A DNA stretch of 64,000 nucleotides from a virus, in IMG/VR virus record IMGVR_UViG_3300037297_000135, positions 32,001 to 96,000 of that record. One strand, written 5' to 3'. Both the position numbers and the translations under genes were made by a program. This document shows, one piece after another, positions 63,285-64,000 of the stretch. The stretch's first letter is position 1, and each line of letters begins with the position of its first letter. A model generated the notes under the pieces. It searched no databases. It saw only the letters and a list, made by a program, of their open reading frames with translations, and was not told where the DNA came from.

Positions 63285-63665
63285 CTAATTGTATTCTAAT
63301 TCTTTGAATTTATCCAGAAATTCAGATAAATATATATTTTGGTATTTTTTAAACATTGAAGATATTTCAAGTTCAATATTTGCTATTGTATATTTATCTG
63401 GAATTTCACAAACAAAATAACTTGATGTATCGTCTAGTTGTGCATATATACAACTATTTTTGGTATAAAAATCTATGATTTTTACTCCATCTTTGTAATG
63501 TGCAACTTCGAAATTTTGATTGATTTCGAATGATGGTTTTGACGTTTGAGCTTGTTGGTGTTGTTGTTCGCTACATGATACGAAAACCATAGCAGCAATA
63601 GGAATCAAAACACATAAAGCACATAAAATTGTAAAATTGATTTTTGATATTTTTTTTGTTTTCAT
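63285..63665 (-). CDS. Putative lipoprotein
   Basis: Basic N-terminus, hydrophobic core, FVSC lipobox-like site followed by a Q-rich linker. Confidence 0.6.
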   Translation of the reverse strand: MKTKKISKINFTILCALCVLIPIAAMVFVSCSEQQHQQAQTSKPSFEINQNFEVAHYKDGVKIIDFYTKNSCIYAQLDDTSSYFVCEIPDKYTIANIELEISSMFKKYQNIYLSEFLDKFKELEYN

Positions 63666-63684
63666 TTAAAAACACTCTCCTTTT

Positions 63685-63996
63685 TTATATTATTTCAATA
63701 TCTGTAATTTTTACTTTTATGGAATCTCTGTTTATGATTGTGTCATATACATTCCCATGTATATTTTTTATAACTTCATATTCTCCGACAGTTTCAAAAA
63801 CATAATTTGTATATTCAGTTGGGTTTCCATCTTCATATTTTGTAGGAAAACTATAACTTCCTTTTAAAACTTTATCATGTTTTCCTATTTCCAAATCAAA
63901 AACAGCATCATCAAAATAATACTCTATCCCTAATATTTTTATATCTTCATGAATATCATCCAACATATATTCATTTCCTATTTTTATTTCTTCCAT
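63685..63996 (-). CDS. Hypothetical protein
   Basis: 103-aa acidic ORF at the window edge. Confidence 0.6.
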   Translation of the reverse strand: MEEIKIGNEYMLDDIHEDIKILGIEYYFDDAVFDLEIGKHDKVLKGSYSFPTKYEDGNPTEYTNYVFETVGEYEVIKNIHGNVYDTIINRDSIKVKITDIEII

Positions 63997-64000
63997 TTTT

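Noticed and set aside
1-64000. Stop-codon reassignment (alternative genetic code), common in some large phages
   Set aside because: Long genes are intact under code 11, and TAG and TGA both end genes at sensible operon boundaries (e.g. 21003, 34017, 6851).

Overview
A very AT-rich (roughly one quarter GC by eye) segment of a large tailed dsDNA phage or prophage. The host is probably a low-GC Bacillota: the promoters are SigA-type, the RBSs are GGGGAG-like and the tRNA genes lack encoded CCA. From 1 to 55955 almost everything is on the + strand, in this order: (1) a glycan biosynthesis region with several glycosyltransferases, an NDP-sugar dehydrogenase, an epimerase/decarboxylase, a SAM methyltransferase and a B12 radical SAM enzyme, interspersed with Nudix genes, an Acb2/Tad1-like protein and tRNAs; (2) a self-contained operon at 16440-19513; (3) a siphovirus tail module (assembly chaperones, 2083-aa tape measure, Dit, Tal-like hub, fibres, holin); (4) RecU, a 24-bp iteron-like array and an SPbeta-like replication module (SSB-like, AAA ATPase, DnaB, primase, Tmk, RecJ, DnaE). 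From 55935 onward the genes run on the - strand (tyrosine recombinase, hypothetical proteins, tRNA-Arg). The best candidate for a new system is the 16440-19513 operon. It carries three tRNA-mimic RNAs (Lys-like, His-like and a circularly permuted Leu-like unit), each closed by the same UGUGAUU/AAUUGCA helix. Directly downstream are a helical+vWA (TROVE/Ro60-like) protein and a DUF6569/ARPP-1-like protein, which suggests a phage Ro60/Y-RNA-like RNP with tRNA decoys. Other notable items are two more aberrant tRNA-like RNAs, a tRNA-Gly with an ACC anticodon, a 94-bp palindromic repeat present twice 35 kb apart, and a glycosyltransferase that heads the tail operon. Family assignments come from motif recognition without database searches.
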